Positions 42,653 to 53,069 of a DNA stretch of 64,000 nt are shown here, in pieces. The notes beneath the pieces were generated by a model. It made no database searches and was not told the DNA's origin. It saw nothing but the letters and a program-made list of their open reading frames with translations. This stretch comes from an uncultured Chlamydiae bacterium (GTDB taxonomy: Bacteria > Chlamydiota > Chlamydiia > Chlamydiales > SM23-39). Where the stretch lies: assembly GCA_963730605.1 (NCBI GenBank), contig CAVSSM010000001.1, positions 512,001 to 576,000 of the forward strand, read 5' to 3'. The position numbers and the translations under genes are program-made. How positions within the stretch are numbered: position 1 is the stretch's first letter; each line of letters starts with the position of its first letter.

Positions 42653-45600
42653 TTAGGTCTGCAAAAACTCAAGGACATCTTCCCAGGTCAATTTTGCAAT
42701 TGCTTCATCATCGCAACTCACGACTTTCTTGACCAATCCTTTTTTTCGTCTCTGCATTTCGACGATTTTTTCTTCGATAGTGTTCAAAGTGACTAGTTTG
42801 TAGGAAGAGACCGAATTTTTCTGGCCGATACGGTGAACTCGGTCAGTTGCCTGGGCTTCCACGGCCGGGTTCCACCACATATCGTAGTGGATGACCGTGT
42901 CGGCTCCGACTAAATTGAGTCCCGTGCCGCCTGCTTTCAGCGAGACGAGGAAGACTGGGATCTTTGGATTTTCATTGAACTCTTTGACGATCTCTAGTCG
43001 GTTTTTCGTCGAACCGTCGAGATAGCAGAACGAGATGCCCCGCTGCTCGAAATCTTCGCGCATGATCTGGAGCATTCGGGTATATTGGCTGAAGATCACT
43101 GTCTTATGCCCGCTCTCAACAAGCGTCTGCAAAAGTTCGAGCAGCATATCGTATTTCGACTGAATCGCCCACTTCGGGCTTTTCTTTCGCAAAAATCGCC
43201 GGGTGGCAGCAGATCTGCTTTAAGCGGGTCAGAGTTGCGAGGACGTGGATCTGAACTTTGTCAAACCCCTCGCGCTCGACCAATTTGATCAGCTCATCGC
43301 GCGCCGAGGCGGCGTAAGACCTGTAAAGGTCCTGCTGCACATCGGAGAGCTGGCAGTGGTAGACGATTTCATCGACAGGCGGCAGATCTTGCAGCACATC
43401 GGTTTTCATGCGGCGCAGGATAAAAGGAGACGACTTTTTTCCTTAGGTATTCGATGTTCTGCGCCATGCTGGCGCCGGTCACCCGAATATATTTTTCGAC
43501 GAACCGGTCGTAGGTGCTCAAGAATCCCGGCATCAGGAAGTCCATGAGGCTCCAAAGCTCGTCGAGCGAATTTTCGATCGGCGTTCCCGTCAAGATCAGC
43601 CGGTGGGCAGCCTGGATCATCTTCACCGATTTTGCGTTGCGCGTCCCGCGGTTTTTGATGTGCTGCGCCTCGTCGAGGATCGCGTAGGTGAACGGCATTT
43701 GGCTATAGGTCTCGATATCTTTTTGAAGCAAGCGTATAGGAAGTGATGATCACATCGAAATCGGACATCTTGCCCAAGAGCTTTTTCCTCTGGGTTGGAA
43801 TGCCGTCGACGACAATCGCCTTCAAGTTTGGGATTGAACTTATGGAGCTCCTCTTTCCAGTTGTAGAGAAGCGAGGTAGGGCAGACGATGAGAGAGCGGG
43901 CTTCTTTGTCTTTATTATGGTGTTGCGTGATGGCCGCAATCGCTTGCAAAGTTTTGCCAAGGCCCATATCGTCGGCGAAGATTCCGTTCAAATACATCAG
44001 CCGAAGCCGTCTCCAGCCAATGGACCCCTTCCACTTGATAAGGCCGAAGATCGGCCTTCAATCTCCTGAGGGATCGTTGAGGGCAAGAGCGCGCTTTCGC
44101 CCAGCATCTGCCTGCGGATCTCGAGAAGCTTTTGCGACATGGTAAAATCGACAGGGAGTCCGTCGAACACTTTCGGGTCGATCGTCGCCAAATTCCAAAG
44201 CGGCTTTTGCTCTTTGCTGATCGTCGAGTTTTTTAATCCCCAGCTCATCGAAGAGCTGGACAAGCTTTGCGATCCTGTCTAAATCGAGGACCAGGATCTT
44301 AGAAGATCTTGGAAGCTTCTTTCGCTCTCGATCGGTTCGCATCCAATTCCAAAAAGGCCCTTTTCGATGCGATGCATTCCCAGAGAAGGTCGAGTTTCAC
44401 TCCCCTTAGCGCGCCGTCCACTTTTAGATCGATATCGTAGTATCCCACCGTTTCGCTTACATCGAGATTGAGAGTGAAATTCGTTTCGTCATAGATGAAT
44501 TGGTCAAGAAGATTTTGAGGGCATTCGAATTGCACCCGATGCTGGTTGCGAGGGATGACCCCGGTCATGAATTCAACGATCTTCTTTTCGGTCTTCGCAT
44601 GATATGTGCAGTTTACCGGATCGAACACGAAGTCTTGAAACAACTCTTCGACAAGCTGCCGCTCTTCGACGAGGTTGCGGGCCAAAACGCCCTGCGGCTG
44701 CACAAACGTCTTAATCTCATCGAACGTCAATTTCTCGAACCTTGCCGGCACTTCCTGCCCATCGTAGGAAAAAAAGAGCGAAGCTTCCAGTTCGCCGTCT
44801 AAATAGGAAAGATTGCAGCGAGCCCCTAATTTTCCGACAAATGGCAAACGTCACAAAACGGTCGATGATTTCCTGGTTTGCGACGTCGGCAAACCGCTTC
44901 AATTCGGGCAGGGAGTTTTCCACAAAAGTGCCGAATAGAGGCTCCGGAATCGTCATTTCCCGGATCGAGTTCAAATTCAACAGATGTGTCCGTTTGATGT
45001 GAGGCGGGAACCGATAATAAGTGTCTTGATAAAGCATGCCGGGCATGTGCATTCGAAAAGAATCACATCGTCGGCATGGAGTACCGTGTCTTTGCCCATG
45101 ACCAGCATGGGCTTTAAAAGAATTTTTGCTGCGGGAGGCTCTATATATTCGAGATTGAATCTAAGTCCGACCGGATTGAATGCATAGCGAAGCGGCGTTT
45201 CCAACGTCCCAAAATAAAGGCAAGGGAGATGAGGCATATCGTCGTCCAGATCTTTGAATCCCCTGCGGACCTGAGAGCCGCATCGCAATCTCATGGGTCT
45301 TGGCCAACATGAGCCCGAACACCTCTGGATCGAGCTGCGCGATCCTTTGCGCCCTCTCCTCTTTGGCCGTTTCCGTGCGCGCATGATCCAGCAAGAGTTG
45401 CAAAATTGAACTGCCGATCTCGTCGAAACTTTTTAAAGAGAAAAAAAGGCGACGCCCTGCAACGAAGAGAGGCTCTTCATAACGGATCGCGTCTAAAAAA
45501 GATTTCAAGTGGGAAATCTGCAGACGGTTTGGAGCTGATCGGCAACCTGAGGGCCAACTGGAATTCCACCTTCCCTTTTTTCTCCCTGATGCAAAGATTG

Positions 45601-46144
45601 AGGGTTGAAAATGACCGCCGAGCTCTGCGGTTGCGAGCGAGCCCTCTTCTTGAGGAAGAAAGAATGGGGAATGGGAGAGGAGATCGGCGGAGGCGACATA
45701 TTCTTGCAGCACCTGCTTTTGATAGCGGGCGTCTTGCTTGACCACTTCTTTTGTCTCGGCCTCTTTGATCGCCTCGATGAGTTCCTTTTTCTCTTCCGAC
45801 CCTAGGCCTTCCGCCTTGTCGATATCCGACTCTTTCGAATACTCTACGAGCAGGGAATCGATCTTGTCTTCCAGAAAGAAAATGAGCGCGGCCAGATGCT
45901 GGCAATCGAAGCGGCTGGGGCAGTCGCAGTTCGTATGGACCGCTTGCGATTCGAACCGGTCCACCTCGATTTCGCTCTCATAGGTGTTTTCGAAATTGCC
46001 GAGGATCCGGCTGCTGAACCGGATGACTTCGTTATCGAGGCGAATAATCTTCGCGGCAACGATTTTATTTTTTTCATAGAGCTGCCGCCCTTCTTTCAAG
46101 ATCGCCGAAGAGAAGTCTTGCCTAAGCTTTCTGAAGTTCAACAT
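42653..46144 (-). CDS. SWIM-domain SNF2-family helicase, many frameshifts
   Basis: NCDCP...[41 protein letters not shown] across seven or more ORF fragments. Confidence 0.9.
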
Positions 46145-46284
46145 AGATCGTTCATTGATGAAACGGGTCCCGAGTTTTGGTTTTACATTTTTTCCAAAAC
46201 CATCGCAACAAAAAAATATTTTACTAGAGAATGTCTTCAAAATAGATTTTGACGTAAACTCTTCGATCCAAACCAAAAGGACTG

Positions 46285-46460
46285 AGAGGGTGTCTACAAA
46301 GTGAGGGAACGCCCGAGTTTTTGGATTATTTTGGCCGCTTTTCGACTTCAAAGCTTGGAGGGCCATATACTGCTGTCGATATTGCCCCCCAAGTCTTGAA
46401 TCGAAAATCGGCTCAAAAGAACCGAAAAATCGACAGAACCTCGCTTTGCAGACACCCTCT
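46285..46460. repeat. palindromic element family B, full copy (176 bp)
   Basis: AGAGGGTGTCTACAAAG...CTTTGCAGACACCCTCT; a decayed copy ends near 46765. Confidence 0.88.
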
Positions 46461-46820
46461 GAATCGAGGCGCAACTTCGTACCACTTGCGCAAAGTGCGA
46501 TGCTTGACAAAAAAGAACGGGAATATCTAACCTACCTAGTCGGAAATTGGTTGGAAGTATATCGGGAATATATTTATTTGATCTATAACCAACATTCGTT
46601 TAATATGATAAAACAAATGTATAAATTTTGAATATTTTAAAAATTAAACAACACTGTCCACAAAGCTAGCGCTTGTATAGAGCTTGCATTTGACGTGCCT
46701 CGATAAGAACGAGAGCTCATTTAACAGAGAAAATCGACAGAGCCTCACTTTGTAGACGGCCCTCTTAAGCTTTGCGCAGACAGCTTATAAAAGATAAAAT
46801 TTTTAATGCAGGAGTTTATT

Positions 46821-47858
46821 ATGACGTTCTCAGTTACAGGAATAAGAAATTCTGATCTCAATCCATTCAATGTGCCAAGATCTCTCAGCTCCTATGTCAC
46901 GGGAGAGTGTACTCCCGACGGCGCCTGCTCTTTTTCGTTCAGTGGGGAATTTGCAAATGTTGGCCGCGAGAAAGATGAATTTTGGAAATCTCTGACTCCC
47001 AGCGAGATTAAAACTTTAAAAGATTTGATTTATTATCAATTTAATAACGAATTTGTTGTGAATGCGCTAAAATCGCGTATATTTTCAAAATCTAATGAGT
47101 ATTTGAATCAGGTTGCAGAAAAAATGGGGTCTTCGGAGAAGTTTTCAGTGACGAACTTCTATCCTGTGGATCGAGACGCACTTATCAGCGACCTCTATCT
47201 TATGCAAATTGATCCAGTGGAGAACCATATATCAATTGGTCAGGAATGCGCAGCCGTATTGAATGGATGGACTGATGACATTTCCCTACAATCAGTACTT
47301 GGCGTTATGGCCCATGAACTTGGCCATCGGATATTAAAACATTTCGAACGGCATATTGCATTTGGGTTAGAATTGAACGGTATTTCTGTAGAATCATTAG
47401 ACGATATAACAACGATGTTAAAATCGAATTGCAAAGAATTTCCACAAAAAGAGTCGGTCAAACGAATTTGTCAGTATTTGAACAATTATTACGAAAAATT
47501 CTCTAAACGCTTCGATCCGACTGAAATAGTGATTCAAAAAAAACCAGAGTTTTATCGGGACCAGGAGAGAGAAGCAGACCTCCTTACAATGAGAGACCCC
47601 TATCTTGCTCGGGGAGTAAGAGACCAGATTGTTCGACTTATCGAAAATTGTGAAAAAAATCCTAAATTTAAACCCTTTTGCTTTGTCTACAATATACATA
47701 CGAGTACACATCCATCCGCGATTAGCCGCATTCAATATTTGACCCGTGCGCTTTGTGGGGAGTATCCCGAAGAGAACAGAGATATCTGTCCTAATGCAGG
47801 CCTGCGATATCAAGGCAATTCAACCTGCCCAGCAGTGGACTTATCCTACAAGTACTAG
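46821..47858 (+). CDS. soluble M48-like zinc metallopeptidase, AT-rich
   Basis: AHELGH (HEXXH), EREAD, THP....RI; no TM segments. Confidence 0.75.
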   Translation: MTFSVTGIRNSDLNPFNVPRSLSSYVTGECTPDGACSFSFSGEFANVGREKDEFWKSLTPSEIKTLKDLIYYQFNNEFVVNALKSRIFSKSNEYLNQVAEKMGSSEKFSVTNFYPVDRDALISDLYLMQIDPVENHISIGQECAAVLNGWTDDISLQSVLGVMAHELGHRILKHFERHIAFGLELNGISVESLDDITTMLKSNCKEFPQKESVKRICQYLNNYYEKFSKRFDPTEIVIQKKPEFYRDQEREADLLTMRDPYLARGVRDQIVRLIENCEKNPKFKPFCFVYNIHTSTHPSAISRIQYLTRALCGEYPEENRDICPNAGLRYQGNSTCPAVDLSYKY

Positions 47859-47984
47859 GAGGCGGCCAAAATATACTGCGACCGTATAATCTAAAAACTC
47901 GACGAAAAATTTTGCTTGCAGGTTCGTCAGCATCGTTACCTTGTCAGAAAATGGAAAACAACCTACAATGCACGCCTTTAGAGT

Positions 47985-48056
47985 GCGGGTGTAGCTCAGT
48001 GGTAGAGCATCACGTTGCCAACGTGAGGGTCGTGAGTTCGAGCCTCATCACCCGCT
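47985..48056 (+). tRNA. tRNA-Gly(GCC)
   Basis: Cloverleaf GCGGGTG...CACCCGC, anticodon arm TCACG-TTGCCAA-CGTGA, GTTCGAG T-loop; no encoded CCA. Confidence 0.97.
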
Positions 48057-48084
48057 AATTCGTGAACATTTATCAGAGAATTTC

Positions 48085-49382
48085 GTGTCCAATACACCCA
48101 GCACCGAGCCGAGAGAATTGCAAAATGACCAAGTCCGCGTGGTGTCCATCGCAAAAACCGGCCTGCCTGTATCGAAATGAAGGTAAGGGCTTCTCGACCT
48201 CTTATCCAAACAGCCAGGAAAAACGCGGTCAAAGCCGTCGGTAAAGAGGCCCTCTTCCCGGGTTTCCGAAAAGGGAAGCGCCCCCGATGAGATGATCCTG
48301 AAAAAATATCCGCAGCGAAGTGGAAAAAGAGACCCATAAATCAACTCGCCGACTTCGTTTTCACCGAGGCCCAGAAATTGGCCAAGGTCCCCCTTTTGAA
48401 TAATAATTCAACGAGTCTCGTTCGATTTGAAGAAAATGGACGAGGAAGCGGACTGATGCTCGTCTTTCACATTTGAAACAGAGCCTACCGTCCCGGTCTA
48501 TCGACCCAAAGCGATTCGAGCCTAAACCAGTGGAGCGGCCGTCCTTAAGTGGGCGACAAAGAAGTCGAACGAGGCGATTCGGCAAATGCGATTCTTTTAC
48601 GCTCAATGGAATCCATAACGGATCGGGCCATTCAAGAGAGAGATTACATCATGATCGATCTCGACACGGTCGATGGGGAGAATCTCAGAGGGTATTCGAT
48701 CAAGTCCGCTTCGAGGTTTCCAAAGGAGCGGATGGCGCAATGGATGCAAAATATTAGTGATCGGAGCGAAAGATGGCGATGTTCTTGAAGGGATAAGCGA
48801 ACCGATGACGACAGCCACCGAAGAAGAAAAAAAAGAATTTGCTCCTAAAAAAGTGAGGATCACGATCATAAAGCTGGAAGAGGCCGCACTTTGCCCGAGA
48901 TCGAACGATGAATTTGCGAAAAAAGTGGGCGCACAGGACGTCGCCCGAATGCGCAGTCATGGTCGAAGCGATTTTGAACAAACAAGCGGATGAAAAGCGC
49001 AATCAAGATCCTCCGCGAACAAGTCAACATTTCTTGATCGACAATATGCCGTTTGAAATCCCCGCTTCTCTCAGTCGGAATCAGAGATGCAACATCGTCT
49101 GCGGCAGCTGAAGCAAAATCCCAGAGTTTATAGAGCAGCATCAAGAGTGAAGAGAGCGCAAGAAAAACGAAGAATCGAATGCAGCTGACTACGGAATCAG
49201 AGCAATGCCGTCGCGGCTATTCTATCTATCCCGGCAAATTGTTCATGATGCGAAAATCCCATCACGCATCAAGAAGGTCGAGCCGCAAGAGCTGTAGAGC
49301 GATCGCACGTGCAAGTCCCATGGCGAGCAGCAGCAAGTCGTCGAGCTCAAATCCCAAGGAAGAATATGCTTTGGCGGTGTAG
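48085..49382 (+). CDS. tig: trigger factor, many frameshifts (boundaries approximate)
   Basis: PGFRKGKAP ribosome-binding motif near 48258-48285; between tRNA-Gly and clpP. Confidence 0.78.
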
Positions 49383-49489
49383 TAAGGTATTCTTGGCTAA
49401 AGCGCAAGATTACATCATCCAAACTGCAAAAACTTGACCGGGTGTAGAGCAATAAGGTATATACTGGATGAGAACACGGAGATTGAAAT

Positions 49490-50107
49490 ATGTCCTTAAC
49501 GCCTTATGTGATCGAAGATACTGGACGCGGCGAGCGTTCCATGGATATTTATTCGCGTCTTCTAAAAGATCGGATCATTTTCATCGGAACCGATATCACC
49601 GATCAAGTGGCAAACGTGGTTGTGGCCCAGCTTCTCTTCCTCAAAATGGAAGACCCAAAAAAGGACATCAATCTCTACATCAATTCTGCGCGGCGGCCAC
49701 ATTACTGCTGGGCTTGCGATTCTCGATACGATGCTGTTTTTGGGCTGCGACATCAATACCTATTGCATCGGCCAAGCCGTATCGATGGCAGCTCTTGCTT
49801 TTGGCTGCTGGAACAAAAGGCAAGCGATTTGCCCTTCCCCACAGCCGCATCATGCTCCACCAACCTTATGGCGGCGTCGGGGGCACCTCCGACGATATCG
49901 CGCTCCAGGCAAGAGAGATCTTCGAGCTCAAGAAAATCACCGCGTCTCTGATGTCCCGCTTTACCGGCCAGTCCATTGAGAAAAGTCACACGAAGATTCT
50001 GAGCGCGATTTTTACATGGATCCGGAAGCCGCGCTCCGAAATACGGGATCGTCGATCAGATCGCGAAGCCGCACCCGAGAGTGCGCGACGAGACCAACAA
50101 CCCCTGA
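49490..50107 (+). CDS. clpP: ClpP protease subunit, frameshifted
   Basis: [34 protein letters not shown]. Confidence 0.9.
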
Positions 50108-50124
50108 ATTCCAACGACAGCCCC

Positions 50125-51353
50125 ATGAGCAAAAAAACCCCTGAGATTCCACCTGCTCCTTTTGCGGCAGAACTGAAGACACTCGTCGAAAAGCTGATTT
50201 CCGGACCGAATGCCTACATCTGCGACAAGTGCGTCGGTCTCTGCGTGGATATCATCCAAAAAAAACCTGTCGCTTATGAGATGAAGCTTCTCAAGCCTAA
50301 AGAGATTAAGGCGCATCTCGATGAATATATCATCGGTCAGGAAACCGCGAAAAAGAACCATTGCGGTCGCGGTCTATAACCATTACAAGCGAATCCGCTC
50401 GCTCGCCAAGCAATCCGAAGTGGAATACAGCAAATCGAACGTCATGCTCATCGGTCCTACAGGTTCTGGTAAAACACTTATTGCCGGACCTCGCGCTCTA
50501 TTCTCGACGTTCCGTTTGCGATTTCCGATGCGACGACACTGACCGAGGCTGGCTATGTCGGCGAGGATGTGGAAAATATCATTCTCCGCCTCTTGCAAGC
50601 GGCGGACTATGACGTGGCCAAAGCGGAGCATGGGATTATTTATGTCGATGAAATCGACAAGATCCGCAAAACGACCTCCAACGTCTCGATCACGCGCGAC
50701 GTATCTGGAGAAGGGGTGCAGCAGGCTCTCTTGAAGATCGTGGAAGGAACTGTTGCCAACGTCCCTCCCAAAGGGGGACGAAAGCATCCGAACCAAGAAT
50801 ACATCAAAGTGAATACACAAAATATTCTCTTTATCGTCGGGTGGCGCTTTTGTCCATCTCGATAAGATGATCGCCAAGAGGCTCGGCAAGAGCACCATAG
50901 GATTCGATGCACGGCCGAAAGCAGTTCGCTACCGCAAGAAACGAATTTTCTCCTCTCCAAAGTAGAGCCTGAAGATCTCGATCTCATTTGGCATGATTCC
51001 CGAGTTTGTTGGCACGTTTCAATAGTATTGCCAACTGCAACGAACTCACAATCGGAGGATCTTGTAGACATTCTTGTTCGAAGCCAAAAAATGCGATCAT
51101 CAAGCAATATGTCGCACCTGTTTGCGGAAGAAAACGTGAAGCTCGATTTCACAGAAGATGCGCTGCAAGGCAATGGCGAAAAAAGCCAAAGAAACGGGCA
51201 CCGGCGCCCGAGCTCTTCGGATGATCGTGGAAGGCATCCTTCGCGATCTGATGTTCGAAGTTCCTTCAGATCCAGCATCAAAGAAATCCACGTAGAAAAA
51301 GAGGCATTGTGGAAGGCAAGCCTCCGAAAATCGTCCGCGACCAGTCTGCCTAA
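50125..51353 (+). CDS. clpX: ClpX ATPase, frameshifted
   Basis: [43 protein letters not shown]. Confidence 0.9.
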
Positions 51354-51427
51354 TCAACGGCAACGGTGGACAGCCCAGTCCTTCCCATTCCGAAATGTCC
51401 ACCCGGACATTTCTCCACAAGAATTAT

Positions 51428-51598
51428 TAACCTGAGTTTTGGGTTCATTTGTCTATGAGATTCAAGGATATTTCGAGCATATTTTTGCGCTTTGGAGCCG
51501 AGAGCAATATCGGGACGAGCATATCTTGCCGAGGCGAAAAGTCAAAAAGATGCCGAAAGAAATTGAAGCTCAGGCAAATGAACCCAAAACTCAGGTTA
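51428..51598. repeat. palindromic element family E, copy 2 (inverted)
   Basis: Reverse complement of 34509..34678. Confidence 0.9.
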
Positions 51599-51967
51599 TT
51601 AGTGTTGTGAAACGAGCCACTCGGCTTCGAAGTCGGCATTTGTCCCGTTTTCGACCAGCGCATCGAAGTTTTTTTGAGTTGCGCGAGCGTGGTCGCGCAG
51701 GTGACAGAGCGCCCAGTTTACCTTGAGGATGTTCTCTCGTGAAATTCTCTATGAATCGTTTGGCGGCGTTGCGTTCACAATCGTTTTTTGCTGCACCGTC
51801 TCCATTTTGAATGATCTCTGGGCAAAGAGGGATTACATTCGACTGGTCGGGATGAACGATGCAAGCGCCTAACATCTGATGATAGTACGTCACCGAACCA
51901 TCTTTGTGTTCCTTTTGGCAGCATTGAGGGCAACAGACATTACCGGAAGAAAATTCTCCCGTACCGT

Positions 51968-52137
51968 GAACCTATCCTCCAATTCTTCACGATCCCTTTA
52001 CGGCACGCTTTTGGGCGCTTTTCGCGCCTCCGCCCTCATAAAGATCACCGTCCCGATATTTACTTCGGGCGGTCGACGACGAAAAATCGCCTCAAAATCG
52101 ACCATAAATGAATCATTAAGAATTGGAGGATAGGTTC
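51968..52137. repeat. palindromic element family G, copy 2
   Basis: Near-identical to 23775..23944. Confidence 0.9.
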
Positions 52138-52153
52138 GTCTAAAGAGAGGAGG

Positions 52154-52317
52154 TATACTGCGACCGCTTAGGTTGTGTGAATTTTGACAGCGGATTTTGC
52201 GTTCCAGTAGCATTGCGGAGATCGCCGCAAACTTCAGTATGTTAGCAAGATCGAGCAATGCGCTGGGGCGCAAAAGGCGCTCAACAAAATTCACTCAAAC
52301 TGAGTGGACGCGGTATA
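52154..52317. repeat. palindromic element family D, intact copy
   Basis: TATACTGCGACCGCTTAG...CTGAGTGGACGCGGTATA. Confidence 0.88.
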
Positions 52318-53004
52318 ATATCCCTCGAAAAACTCGAATCCTTCCAGACATTTCCCCCGTTAAAGTTTGGCGAATATCTTTTTGAATACAGGGCGGATGA
52401 GCCGAGGATCAAGTTCATCCAGGCGTTCCCGCATATAAGTGTCTGAAGGGGGCTGTGAGATGTGATAAAGAGACAACAGATTGTGATCGAGAGTGCCTCG
52501 ATTTTGATCGTATTTGAGCAAGGAGGGAAATTTTAGACCGAAAACAGCGAGGCCGGACATTAACACATCGGTAAATGAACTCAATACTCTATCGGATAGA
52601 TCTCTCGGATCTGAGATTTTCTGAAAGCAACGATGGATGTCCGAGATCACGGTATCGGCACAAAGGGGTTTTCTAACGACAATAGTCATGGAGGCGGCCT
52701 CAATCAAAAATGGAGGCCAGAAAGTTTACGAAAGAAATATTTTCACGAGAAAAAGGGCGGGCGGGAATTGCTGAAATGTAATCGGGTTTTTATTCGCAAG
52801 TTATTGATTAAAAATAATATATGATGGATAAACAATGAGTGCAAAAGGTTTTGCGGGATTAAAAATTTTGAGCATGGTTCGTTTCTTCCTCCTTCCGAAG
52901 ATGAGTCGAAGGCTGGAGGCGCCTGTGGAGATCTCTCGTAGAGAAGGCGTCTTGAGACCTAGGCTTAGCGGCCCAAGGGCCGGGTTTCCCGCCCCGGGGT
53001 GAAT

Positions 53005-53036
53005 AAAAAAAACCCCGAATTTTAAGTCCGAGGTTC
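53005..53036 (-). terminator. intrinsic terminator
   Basis: Minus strand AACCTCGGA-loop-TTCGGGGTT followed by a T-run, downstream of the SctE-like gene. Confidence 0.65.
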
Positions 53037-53069
53037 TGTTCTTGGGAGAACGAAAAATCTTAACTATTC

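Larger units (their letters stand above)
51722..52773 (-). mobile_element. decayed ISNCY-like element (DDE transposase pseudogene)
   Basis: Left end CAGCAATTCCCG at 52773; fragments DVLMSGLAVFGLKFPSLL, SDTYMRERLD, YYHQML, DGAAKNDCERNAAKRF; interrupted by elements G and D. Confidence 0.8.

Noticed and set aside
47985..48056. tRNA-Gly as an integration site for an island or prophage
   Set aside because: No duplicated tRNA 3' end and no integrase seen in the window.
52835..53002. 55-codon ORF MSAKGFAGLK... or a GC-rich structured RNA
   Set aside because: No clear SD, motif or recognisable RNA family; cannot be supported.
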